From: a virus
Taxonomy: Duplodnaviria; Caudoviricetes
IMG/VR virus record: IMGVR_UViG_3300027769_000026
Location: 17,367 to 81,366 of that record
DNA length: 64,000 nucleotides
Reading direction: 5' to 3' (one strand)
In this document: piece by piece, positions 17,452 through 25,663 of the stretch
How the letters are laid out: each line of letters opens with the position of its first letter
Numbering within the stretch: position 1 is the stretch's first letter
Notes under the pieces: generated by a model
Told to the model about the DNA's origin: nothing
What the model saw: the letters and a program-made list of their open reading frames with translations, nothing else
The model's database searches: none
Translations under genes and position numbers: made by a program

Positions 17452-19184
17452 ATTCCTGCGCCTCCAGGTGGTGGTTCTTCCCCGGGTGCGGCACCTGCTG
17501 CCGGGGCTGGTTCTATACCAGTTGGGTTTTCTTCTGCTGCGCCTAAATTGGCTTCAAGTTCTTTGGTTTCCAATGGCGTTAAATTAGGCTGTCTGATGCC
17601 AACACTAGCAAGATCTGTATTGGTAGTATCAGTATCGAGAGATGCACCAGCGGCACCGGCTGGATTTTCTTCCTTCCATAACCGCTCATTTTCTTTTATT
17701 TCGTCTTTGGTCAAGCCCAAGTACTTCTCAAGCACAAAACGCCTAGATAGATATGAAGTTTCAGCCACTTGTGAGAATGCCTGCAAACGATTGCTGTTGA
17801 GTTCAATGTCTCTGTATTCACTAAAACTCTGTGGCTCCATGAATCGTAAATCAAACACGCCGCTATCAATCTCTACACCTTTCCACTTCAAAAACATTTT
17901 GAATTCGTGATCTAGAGTAGTACACAGCAAGTTTTGTATACGCTGACAATACTTGTTGAATCGATATTCTTGTATGTACGCTGTGCCTACTTTGCCATCG
18001 TTGTACACAGCAGTACCGTCATCTGGACCTGTTGGCAAATAGCTTGAAGGTATGCGAAGGGCTCGCATCAATTTGTTTGTGAAGAATTTTAGGTCGTCAA
18101 TCTGTCCTAGATTGTCGCCACCCGGCAGCACTTCAACCTTAGAGCCTCGGCCTTCCGAAGTCTGAGCAAAAAAGTAATCTTCAAGCATGCTCAACGGATT
18201 ATAGCTGGAATCCATTACTGTTGCTCCGCCGCCAGTGCGTGTGGGAATACGACGCTGATGGATTTCATTTTTAACACGTTCAACAAAGCTCATGGCCATA
18301 TGGCTGGGCATGTTGCCTACATCGATGTAGAACACTCTGCGCTCAGGCGCACGTTGCACACGATAGATAATGATAGCATCTTCAAGCAATTCTTTCTGCT
18401 TGTAGATCTTGAAGATTGGCTCTAGTATGCTTGTGCCAAATGGCCAGTTGGCGTCCATGCCTTCGCCTAGACTCAACTGCATGATATGGCTTGCGTCTAC
18501 TGCAAATTCTTTATCGCTGATATTGGTTCCGTTGGGCGCACCTTGACGGAAGTTCTGCAACACAGGCGCTGCCTTACTCATGCCTACCATGGTAGTAAAT
18601 GCTGTTTGATGTTCTACTGGATTGGTTGCAGTTTTGTCAATCATGTTCAGCGCAAGATTACGCATCACATACTGTTCTGTTTCACGACCTTTGGAATCAT
18701 TGATGATGATCTTGACCATGTCGGCTGGGTTGATCCACAGCAACTCATAGGTTTCAGGATCTCGAACAAAGAACTGATCGCCGTACTTCAATGTGCTACG
18801 GACCACACGCCAAATGCGCTTGTCCCAGTCATTGATGTTGCACCACTGATTCAGGCTTTTTTCTAGTACCTGTTGTTCGGCTTCAGTTGGATCTTGTTTG
18901 TAGAACAATTCAAAAGGAACACCGCTGTTTGTGTCAAATTGCGTACAGAATTCTGCAACAGTATCCAAGGCAGCATTGATTTCACTGTCTTGATCCATTT
19001 GATCGTATTGTGAATAACGATCTGTTCTATTTGGTTGCCCGGTATAGACTTCAGCAAGATAGGAATTCCATTTACTGGATTGTACTCCACGACCTTGCTG
19101 TCTTGGATCCTGGGGATTTACCGACATCATCTGGTTGTTAGATGCTGTGGGATCCCAAATTTTGAAATGTTTGCGCCAACTCAT
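17448..19184 (-). CDS. gp20: Portal protein (T4 gp20 family)
   Basis: LEDAIIIYRVQRAPERRVFYIDVGNMP, EDYFF....GRG.KVE.LPGG.NLGQIDD..FF..KL.RALRIP.S motifs. Confidence 0.97.
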   Translation of the reverse strand: MSWRKHFKIWDPTASNNQMMSVNPQDPRQQGRGVQSSKWNSYLAEVYTGQPNRTDRYSQYDQMDQDSEINAALDTVAEFCTQFDTNSGVPFELFYKQDPTEAEQQVLEKSLNQWCNINDWDKRIWRVVRSTLKYGDQFFVRDPETYELLWINPADMVKIIINDSKGRETEQYVMRNLALNMIDKTATNPVEHQTAFTTMVGMSKAAPVLQNFRQGAPNGTNISDKEFAVDASHIMQLSLGEGMDANWPFGTSILEPIFKIYKQKELLEDAIIIYRVQRAPERRVFYIDVGNMPSHMAMSFVERVKNEIHQRRIPTRTGGGATVMDSSYNPLSMLEDYFFAQTSEGRGSKVEVLPGGDNLGQIDDLKFFTNKLMRALRIPSSYLPTGPDDGTAVYNDGKVGTAYIQEYRFNKYCQRIQNLLCTTLDHEFKMFLKWKGVEIDSGVFDLRFMEPQSFSEYRDIELNSNRLQAFSQVAETSYLSRRFVLEKYLGLTKDEIKENERLWKEENPAGAAGASLDTDTTNTDLASVGIRQPNLTPLETKELEANLGAAEENPTGIEPAPAAGAAPGEEPPPGGAGI

Positions 19185-19206
19185 GAAGTTATTTACCTTG
19201 GTATAG

Positions 19207-22200
19207 TTAGGTCTTGTTATTGAGGTTTTCTAGCACATCAACAGTGCGTCTTGAATCTCCTGCCACCTGATCCTGGCGACCCAATATTGCTGTTAGTATC
19301 TGATTGGTTTGAGCTTGCTGTTCTGCCAGCGTTCTGATATCCGATTGTGTTTGTTCTGCTCTGGTCGCTTGTGCAGTTTGGGCAGAACTTTGCTGTGACC
19401 CATCGCTTGCCGTGGCCACAGTGCCTAGTGCACCCGCAGTCACTGACCCAATGCCAGTGGAACTATTCGGTGTTTGCACGTTTCCTCTAGTGGAACCAGC
19501 ACGTCGACGATTTGCTTCGGCTTGCATCCGTGCTTCTTCACGTGCTTCATTTTGTACCCCAATATCGTCTGGAAAACTTGATCTGGACATCAATGCATTG
19601 TAAATTTCTCTTTCGTCTGTGCTGGTTTCTGTAATGTCGTTGTCAGTGTTGGTACTTGTACCAGCACTTCTGCTTCTAGCGGCATTTTCCGGAGGACGAT
19701 TCAATGCACCTGTAGCGGCAACAGCACCCACAGCACCAGGCGTAACTGAACTTACAGCACCTTGAGATTTTTGTCTATTATATTGCTCCATTAACCAAGC
19801 AGGGTAGTTTCTTGCATTGCGAGGATCCATTTGCAAAGCCATATCTAATGCTGCCATTTGATCTGATGTTAACGCTTTGCCTTCTTCAACTACTTTACCT
19901 GCGACTCTTAATTCATTTCTTCGTTCAGTCATTGTTCCAGGCTGTGCTCCACCGGGTGCAGGTGTTGGCTGTATCGCATTGAGCTCTCGGTTGATGCCTC
20001 TGTTGCTTGCACCAAAAAATTGTCTTGATATCCATCCGCCTGCAGATTCAGCAGCCCCGCCTAGGAACTTATCAGCGATCATTGAACCGCCAATGGCACC
20101 AGCAATACCAACTGGTGCTGATGCAACACCTAATCCAGCAATGCCTCCTGCAAGACCGCCAACTGCACCGCCAGCGCCAGCAACTGCACCTCGTGTGAGA
20201 GATCCACCCCTAGATTCAGCAATTTTGTCATCAAGTTCTCTAAGTGCTTTCTCAGCATCTCCTCTTGATAGTTCTCCTTTGGTGTATTTGTCAATGACCT
20301 GCCTGCGCATGTTTTGCAGGTCACTAACCGATGTAAATTCGTTTAGCACTACACCAAAGAGAGAACCAATAATGCCGCCACCTCTGACTTGTCTTGCTCC
20401 GGCTTTGACTGCACTAGCAACTCCAGACATGTTAGATGCAGTACCAGCCGCAGGATTAGGCGCAGGAGATGCACCTGGTGCAGGTGTTCCTGGTGGGGGT
20501 GTTACTGCGCCCGGCACTGTTGCTGGTGCAGGAGATGTTGGCACTTGTAATGGTCTGCCATCTGGACCTAAAATTGTACTAGGTCTAGTTGCTCCAGGTG
20601 TACCTGTTGGAGGTGTACCTGTTGGAGGTGTACCTGTTGGAGGTGTACCTGTTGGAGGTGTACTTGGTCTATTTGCGGCCGCGCCTGCCGCGCCAGTGGC
20701 AGCAGTTCCTGGTGCTCCTCCTGGAGAAGGAGTTGGGTTTGGTCCAGTTGGTGGAACAGTTGGTCCAGGTCCAGGACCCCTACCACCAAATATGCCGCCT
20801 GCGCCTCCTGCGCCTCCGCGCATTGCTCCGCCTATGCCTCGCAAGGCCAGGAATGGCGCTAGCAACGCTAATGCGGCAACCATGCCATAGATTAGATTTT
20901 TTGTAGTGTTTGATAATCCAAGGAATTTATCTACTGTGGCATTGATTGCATTTTGCAAGCTGGTAAATGCTGGCATCAGTGGCTCAACTGCTCGCAATAG
21001 ATCTCCTTGCACTTGTTGTAGTTTTCTCTGCGATTCAATGTATGCGCCTGCGGCATCGGCGCCTGCGCCAGTTGGCGCATTGCCCAGTTGTGCAACTTGA
21101 TCTGGAGTGCGTGTGGCGGCGGCTCTTCTGATAAAATCAATAAGGCCTCTAGCATCAGCATCACCTGTGGCAGCCATGACTGCAAGAGGAGATCCTTTAA
21201 GATTTTGTAATGCTGTGGCGGCAGCTGGTTGTAGCATTGCTGCCTGTTTTGCAGGATCAGTCTCGTTACGATATTCTTCAGACTGCATGATCCTACCAAG
21301 GTCTGAAGAAAGTGTTTGTAGTTTTGCAAAGGCACCACCTATCACAGTGGGGTCAAATCCACCTAATGCGGCATATTCCAGTTCATTTGTTATCTGGCCT
21401 GCAAACTGCCCGCCAATGGCCGCAAGTGTTTTTCCAAATGTTTCAAGCTCTTGAGCCGCTTTTCGTTCTCCTGCAGCCAACATGCGCTGTTGTGCGGCTC
21501 GGAACATATCGTTGCGGTACAGTTGATCAAATGCGCTGTTTAGTTCATCAACAGACTTGCCTGTTGTTTGTGCTAATCTATACAGCTCTCTTGCCTGATC
21601 TTCAGCCATGCGCTGTGCAGTTCTTTGCGCTTCAGCACCTGTTAATCCTGCTTGACCTACCATCATAACAGAACGGCTATACGATGCCATTAGCTGTTCA
21701 ATGTTCTGCCCGTAAAAGTTGGCTTTCTTAGCACTGTCTAAATATTGTTTTGCACCATCAGCAAATCGTTGTCCTGAATTTCTAATGTTTTCATCAAGCA
21801 TGCCAGCCATGTTGCCAGCATCCGCAACGGCTTTGTTGAATTGTTCCAGTGTCAGGCCAGCTGTCTTTGCTGAAATAGCAAAGCTGAGTGCTGTTGTGGC
21901 CAGTCCACCTAGACCAGATCCAAATGCTTTGATTGTTGTCTGTGCACCTTGCTGCCATACTTCATATAACCTTACGGCCGCAGCCGCGGCCAATCCCAAC
22001 GAAGCTGAAAATGCAGTTACCAACGGTGCAAGTGGCCCAAGTATGGACATCAGTCTACCAGCAACACCAGCAAACATGCCTTCAAGCATGCCCATTACAC
22101 CACCTTTTACATCTCCGCCTATTATGCGTTTGATGTTTTCGGCACTTTGGTTTTTGCCGCCGGTATTTCTACGATATATGTCTTCGTATTTTTCTCCCGG

Positions 22201-23133
22201 GCGCAGCCTATATTGTGTGTCTTTTGACTTGATACCTTTGTCTAGGTCCTTGAATGCTTTGCTTAACTTGTCAGCATCGTCTCCGGCTGCATTGACTGCT
22301 TGTCTGAATTCTTCCAAAGGTTTTTTGGCGGCAGCACCAAATGTGGCTCGTATGTCCTGTGCAATGATTTTTGCGGCGGCTTGGCGTTGTTCAGGCGTGA
22401 GCTTGCGGAGATCTTCCCTTACACTTTTGATAGATTCGCTTGCTCTTCTGGTTGCCGGATCTAGCTTTTCGTCGTTTTTGTTGGCTCTTACCCTGTCAGC
22501 AAAGCTGTATCTTCTTGCTCTGCCCAGCGTTTTTTCTAGATCTTCGGTTTGATTTGCGTTGTATCTGGCACGGCGATTTGCGTTTTGTGACGCTGATGCA
22601 GTGCTGGCATTGCCTCTGATTCCGCTGGAAGTGTTACGATTGATAGAACTTAGCAGTGCATTGGCACGTGCTTGTTGCTGTGATAAAGACTTGAAACCTG
22701 ACTCCATGGCACGAGTTAGTGTGCGATTTCCTAAGGAAATAGATGCAGGACTCATGCCGGATGAAACAGCAACTCTGTTCCTGGCAGATGTGTTTTTTGT
22801 TTCTAATTTACGTATAGCTGAAACTACTGCGCTCTGTCCCTTGGCTATGTTATTGAGTCCAACGCTTAGAGATTTTATTGCTGATGCATTTGTTTGCTGT
22901 GCTTTGACTGACTTGTCCAGGCGTCCAATAACTGCTTTTTGATTGCTCAGATCTTTTGTGGCTGTGCTCTGTTGCTTGGACAGCAGATCATTTGTCTTTT
23001 TAACAGCAGACAACAAGGCAGCATTCCTGGTGCCCATGACACTTGAAAGGCTGTTGATAGATTCTTCCGTGGCCCATTTTGGCCAAGCGGCAATCTTGCT
23101 AGCGAGTTGATCCGGATCCGGTGGTAATGCCAT
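19207..23133 (-). CDS. Tape-measure-like protein
   Basis: 1308 aa, A/G/Q-rich helical composition, hydrophobic segments (e.g. LIYGMVAALALLAPFLALRG); divergent from the gp26-like gene. Confidence 0.75.
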   Translation of the reverse strand: MALPPDPDQLASKIAAWPKWATEESINSLSSVMGTRNAALLSAVKKTNDLLSKQQSTATKDLSNQKAVIGRLDKSVKAQQTNASAIKSLSVGLNNIAKGQSAVVSAIRKLETKNTSARNRVAVSSGMSPASISLGNRTLTRAMESGFKSLSQQQARANALLSSINRNTSSGIRGNASTASASQNANRRARYNANQTEDLEKTLGRARRYSFADRVRANKNDEKLDPATRRASESIKSVREDLRKLTPEQRQAAAKIIAQDIRATFGAAAKKPLEEFRQAVNAAGDDADKLSKAFKDLDKGIKSKDTQYRLRPGEKYEDIYRRNTGGKNQSAENIKRIIGGDVKGGVMGMLEGMFAGVAGRLMSILGPLAPLVTAFSASLGLAAAAAVRLYEVWQQGAQTTIKAFGSGLGGLATTALSFAISAKTAGLTLEQFNKAVADAGNMAGMLDENIRNSGQRFADGAKQYLDSAKKANFYGQNIEQLMASYSRSVMMVGQAGLTGAEAQRTAQRMAEDQARELYRLAQTTGKSVDELNSAFDQLYRNDMFRAAQQRMLAAGERKAAQELETFGKTLAAIGGQFAGQITNELEYAALGGFDPTVIGGAFAKLQTLSSDLGRIMQSEEYRNETDPAKQAAMLQPAAATALQNLKGSPLAVMAATGDADARGLIDFIRRAAATRTPDQVAQLGNAPTGAGADAAGAYIESQRKLQQVQGDLLRAVEPLMPAFTSLQNAINATVDKFLGLSNTTKNLIYGMVAALALLAPFLALRGIGGAMRGGAGGAGGIFGGRGPGPGPTVPPTGPNPTPSPGGAPGTAATGAAGAAANRPSTPPTGTPPTGTPPTGTPPTGTPGATRPSTILGPDGRPLQVPTSPAPATVPGAVTPPPGTPAPGASPAPNPAAGTASNMSGVASAVKAGARQVRGGGIIGSLFGVVLNEFTSVSDLQNMRRQVIDKYTKGELSRGDAEKALRELDDKIAESRGGSLTRGAVAGAGGAVGGLAGGIAGLGVASAPVGIAGAIGGSMIADKFLGGAAESAGGWISRQFFGASNRGINRELNAIQPTPAPGGAQPGTMTERRNELRVAGKVVEEGKALTSDQMAALDMALQMDPRNARNYPAWLMEQYNRQKSQGAVSSVTPGAVGAVAATGALNRPPENAARSRSAGTSTNTDNDITETSTDEREIYNALMSRSSFPDDIGVQNEAREEARMQAEANRRRAGSTRGNVQTPNSSTGIGSVTAGALGTVATASDGSQQSSAQTAQATRAEQTQSDIRTLAEQQAQTNQILTAILGRQDQVAGDSRRTVDVLENLNNKT
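20596..20667. repeat. 4x perfect 15-bp tandem repeat AGGTGTACCTGTTGG plus a partial copy (PTGTP repeats)
   Basis: Seen directly at 20596, 20611, 20626, 20641. Confidence 0.95.
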
Positions 23134-23157
23134 GTAGAGTCATCCAATGTTGTCTGT

Positions 23158-23222
23158 TATTTACCGAAAAGAAAAAGTGGTATTTGAACGAGCAAATACC
23201 CCCATTATAACCCAGCTAAATA
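23158..23222. promoter_or_regulatory. Divergent late promoters (TAAATA) for the tape-measure and gp26-like genes, with a central hairpin
   Basis: TATTTA at 23158-63 (minus), TAAATA at 23217-22 (plus), GGTATTTG-AACGAG-CAAATACC at 23179-23200. Confidence 0.65.
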
Positions 23223-23244
23223 AAAGCAATCGGAGGATCAACAC

Positions 23245-24093
23245 ATGACACAAGCTAACAATCCGTTAGGACAGTATTTTAGAAAGCCAGGACTCAATGT
23301 GGCATTGCCCAGCGGAGGAAAGTTCTACAAGACACCGCCCAAGATAACTGTTGACGGTGAGATTGCGGTATATCCAATGACTGCAAAAGACGAACTGCTG
23401 GTAAAAAATGCAGACTCTTTGCTGAACGGAGATGCTATTGTTCAATTGATCAAGAGCTGTGTGCCTGACATTGCGGACCCACAAGAAATGCCCAATCCAG
23501 ACGTGGATGCTGTACTGCTGGCCATACGCAAAGCCACATATGGTGAAAAGATGGAAATAACTGCCAGTTGTCCATGCAACGAATGGTCAGGCACTTACTC
23601 CATTGGAGTGGACAATCTTTTGATGAGGATCAAAGGCATTGACCCTGTGAATGAAGTTGAATTGTCAAACGAACTGCTGGTAAGATTGGCTCCCAGCACC
23701 TTGGCTGACCAAAATCGACTGGGCATGATACAGTTTGAAAACGTGCGCAAGCTACAAACTGTGATGGATTCCGAAGACGAAGAACTTAAACTGCGTGTAA
23801 GCAACGAAGTAACTGGTCGCAACATTGAGCTGGCACAAGAAATCATATCAAAGGTCATCATAGCAGTGATCACACCAGATGGTAATGAAATCAATGATCG
23901 CAAGTTCATCAGTGAGTGGTTGGGTCAGCTGGAAACCACAGAGTTCAAGAAAATCGAAGACAAGATCAGACTGATCAATCAAAGTGGCGCAGAAACAAAG
24001 GTTGAAGTTGGCTGTGGCAAAGAAGGATGTGATCGCAAGTTTGAAATTGAATTCACACTGGACCCAGTAAGTTTTTTCGCACAAGGCTCCTGA
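23245..24093 (+). CDS. gp26: Baseplate hub / tail assembly chaperone (T4 gp26-like)
   Basis: NPL..YFRKP...V.LPSGGKFY, V.PMTAKDE....N.D.LLNG.A....IKSCVP, D.DA.L.AIR.ATYG, two Cys pairs (CPC; C....C); SD GGAGG. Confidence 0.8.
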   Translation: MTQANNPLGQYFRKPGLNVALPSGGKFYKTPPKITVDGEIAVYPMTAKDELLVKNADSLLNGDAIVQLIKSCVPDIADPQEMPNPDVDAVLLAIRKATYGEKMEITASCPCNEWSGTYSIGVDNLLMRIKGIDPVNEVELSNELLVRLAPSTLADQNRLGMIQFENVRKLQTVMDSEDEELKLRVSNEVTGRNIELAQEIISKVIIAVITPDGNEINDRKFISEWLGQLETTEFKKIEDKIRLINQSGAETKVEVGCGKEGCDRKFEIEFTLDPVSFFAQGS

Positions 24094-24114
24094 GCACCAC
24101 CGACAATGCTCAGG
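24072..24114 (+). promoter_or_regulatory. Candidate -1 programmed ribosomal frameshift signal (slippery heptamer plus stimulatory hairpin)
   Basis: T_TTT_TTC at 24072-78 in the gp26 frame; CCTGAGCA/TGCTCAGG stem at 24089-96/24107-14; the -1 frame is open into ORF 24114-24323. Confidence 0.75.
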
Positions 24115-24323
24115 TGATGAAGTACGTTGACGAATATCGCACTGAAGCCAGGAGCCTGATAAAAGATGTACAACAACTAGCAGTGTACAGTGGGCTCAGT
24201 TACAACGAAGTGATCAACATGAGCCTGGAAGAAAGACAAGTCCTGTCAGAAGTCATCAAAGACAAACTAGACCTAGACATGAAGCTAGCTGGTATCAAGA
24301 CCAAAAAAGAAACATACATGTAA
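24114..24323 (+). CDS. gp51-like C-terminal chaperone segment (probably translated as a frameshift extension of gp26)
   Basis: GLSYNEVINMSLEERQ.L motif of the lambda T / gp51-like type; no properly spaced SD before GTG/ATG. Confidence 0.7.
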   Translation: MMKYVDEYRTEARSLIKDVQQLAVYSGLSYNEVINMSLEERQVLSEVIKDKLDLDMKLAGIKTKKETYM

Positions 24324-24903
24324 GTCAGAGCTTGCCTTATATTTCAAGTATCCTCTAACACTTGGCTGCTGTCGCAGCCTTCATTTCACATTCACATCGC
24401 TATCGCTCGTGATATGTTCATGAATCATTTTTATTTTTTAGATTCTAAGATTTATTTTGTTTACTAGTGAAACAAGATGATATTTTCTCTGAGGTTCCAG
24501 CCACACTTCGCCCTGTTAAGGGCAAAGTGAAAAGCTGGACTAAGGACTTTCTCCAGAGTACCATACCACATCTATCAGAAACAACCCAGAGGGCAAAGGC
24601 GGTCATGCTGTACCTTTTTACGTCTATCTTCTTTAATGACGCTGACTAATCCAAGACACCCGATAGAATCGTCTTGGGATCATGCAAGTTATAATTGTCA
24701 ATAGAGCTTGCTCATTTTGGTCTTACCATTCTCACACCAAGCCAGTTTCATACCGTTTGACTCGCGTCCTGTAAAGGATAGTGGTGCTGAGTCTGTGCTA
24801 CCGCGCACAATTTCCGTCCCTGCGATACGTGTGTCCAGGTCTAGGGCAACTAGTTATGCGGCCGTTGCGCAGCCTATCGGTAGTGTTGAGCCTGTGGGGA
24901 GTT
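24324..24903. ncRNA. Candidate large structured non-coding RNA (about 580 nt; minus strand favoured by transcription context)
   Basis: No credible ORF; many nested helices: 24364-79; 24487-96/24583-91 enclosing 24496-24539; 24651-77; 24684-24711; 24717-40; 24759-63/24789-93 enclosing 24767-78; 24794-24809 with its loop complementary to 24878-83. Confidence 0.6.
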
Positions 24904-25422
24904 TTAAGGGATAGAAAGGGTTTTAACTGCGTCTTTGTTCAATTGCCAAAAGTCGTCAAAGCCTGTAAATGCCCATGGTCCGTGTGTTACGCTGTCGTAA
25001 CGGACATGCCTATGTGTTGTAAATGTAGGGAAGTGCTTGTACTCAAACGCAATGAAGCTGCCTTTTCTGTTGAACTTCATGATAACAATGTTAAGGTCAT
25101 TGTCATCGGCAGCCTCAATGGTCTGGTCTATCCAGTTGTCTAAGAGTGTTATCTTACCTGACGCGAAAAGCTGGTGGAACGGAAACTCGGCATAGCTTTT
25201 GCATTCTATGTTGAGATGCTTCCAGTCACTTGGGGGAGTGATGTCGCCCTTCATTGAGCGTATCTGCCCTTCGTGCAAGAATTCTTTGCGAACAGCATTT
25301 TTGCCACCCACGTATGCACCGCTGGATGGAACACGTATGAACGATGCTCCATACAGTTCGGACAAGAAATTTGCGACATCTCTTTCCCAGGACTTACCTT
25401 TGTTTTTGCTTTTCGACGCCAT
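24904..25422 (-). CDS. Holliday junction resolvase-like PD-(D/E)XK nuclease (Hjc type)
   Basis: K.KG..WER.V...L, GDI, IECK motifs. Confidence 0.85.
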   Translation of the reverse strand: MASKSKNKGKSWERDVANFLSELYGASFIRVPSSGAYVGGKNAVRKEFLHEGQIRSMKGDITPPSDWKHLNIECKSYAEFPFHQLFASGKITLLDNWIDQTIEAADDNDLNIVIMKFNRKGSFIAFEYKHFPTFTTHRHVRYDSVTHGPWAFTGFDDFWQLNKDAVKTLSIP

Positions 25423-25454
25423 GTGTACTTTGATTTATGCCATGAACCTGTTTA

Positions 25455-25661
25455 TCAGGCCTTCTTATCGGTCATAGCAGTTTTCTCTACCATGATTTCC
25501 TTGCGGCGCTCACCAGCTGCCTTGCGGATGTCGCCTAGCGCCTTACGTGCGCGACTTGCAGCCGCCTTGACGCCCTTGCCAGTGAACTTAGCGTTCTCGT
25601 CGAGATACGTTTGAAATGCTTCTGCAATAATGTCGTGATTGCTTTTTGTTTGTTCGGTCAT
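25455..25661 (-). CDS. Histone H1-like nucleoid protein (Hc1 family-like)
   Basis: F..Y..EN.KF..KGVKAAA.RARKAL..I.K....RRKEI; SD GGAGG spacing favours ATG 25661. Confidence 0.75.
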   Translation of the reverse strand: MTEQTKSNHDIIAEAFQTYLDENAKFTGKGVKAAASRARKALGDIRKAAGERRKEIMVEKTAMTDKKA

Positions 25662-25663
25662 TT

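Noticed and set aside
20596-20667. CRISPR-like or iteron interpretation of the 15-bp repeats
   Set aside because: Contiguous copies without spacers, in frame within a CDS. No CRISPR array or cas gene was seen anywhere in the window.
19877-22942. Long plus-strand ORFs (up to 337 aa) opposite the tape-measure gene
   Set aside because: Antisense shadows of Ala/Gly/Pro-rich codons; no start signals. The same applies to 11912-12694 and other antisense ORFs in the fibre genes.
24543-24556. GGAGAAAGTCC on the minus strand, resembling RNase P CR-I (GAGGAAAGUCC)
   Set aside because: Wrong position within the putative RNA and no matching CR-V partner; likely chance.
24327-24711. 9-nt direct repeat AGAGCTTGC at 24327 and 24703
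   Set aside because: Too short to distinguish from chance without homolog alignment; not treated as an element boundary.
24720-24830. Group I intron-like core on the minus strand (CACAGACTCA ... hairpin ... GAGTC resembling P7/P8)
   Set aside because: The J8/7-equivalent is only 3-4 nt and lacks the AAGAUA consensus, no convincing P4-P6 or terminal G was found, and no interrupted gene flanks it. Kept only as something for Infernal to test.
24467-25143. Short plus-strand ORFs (60, 68 and 120 aa) in and next to the structured region
   Set aside because: No SD, atypical composition, and they overlap helices or the antisense resolvase gene.
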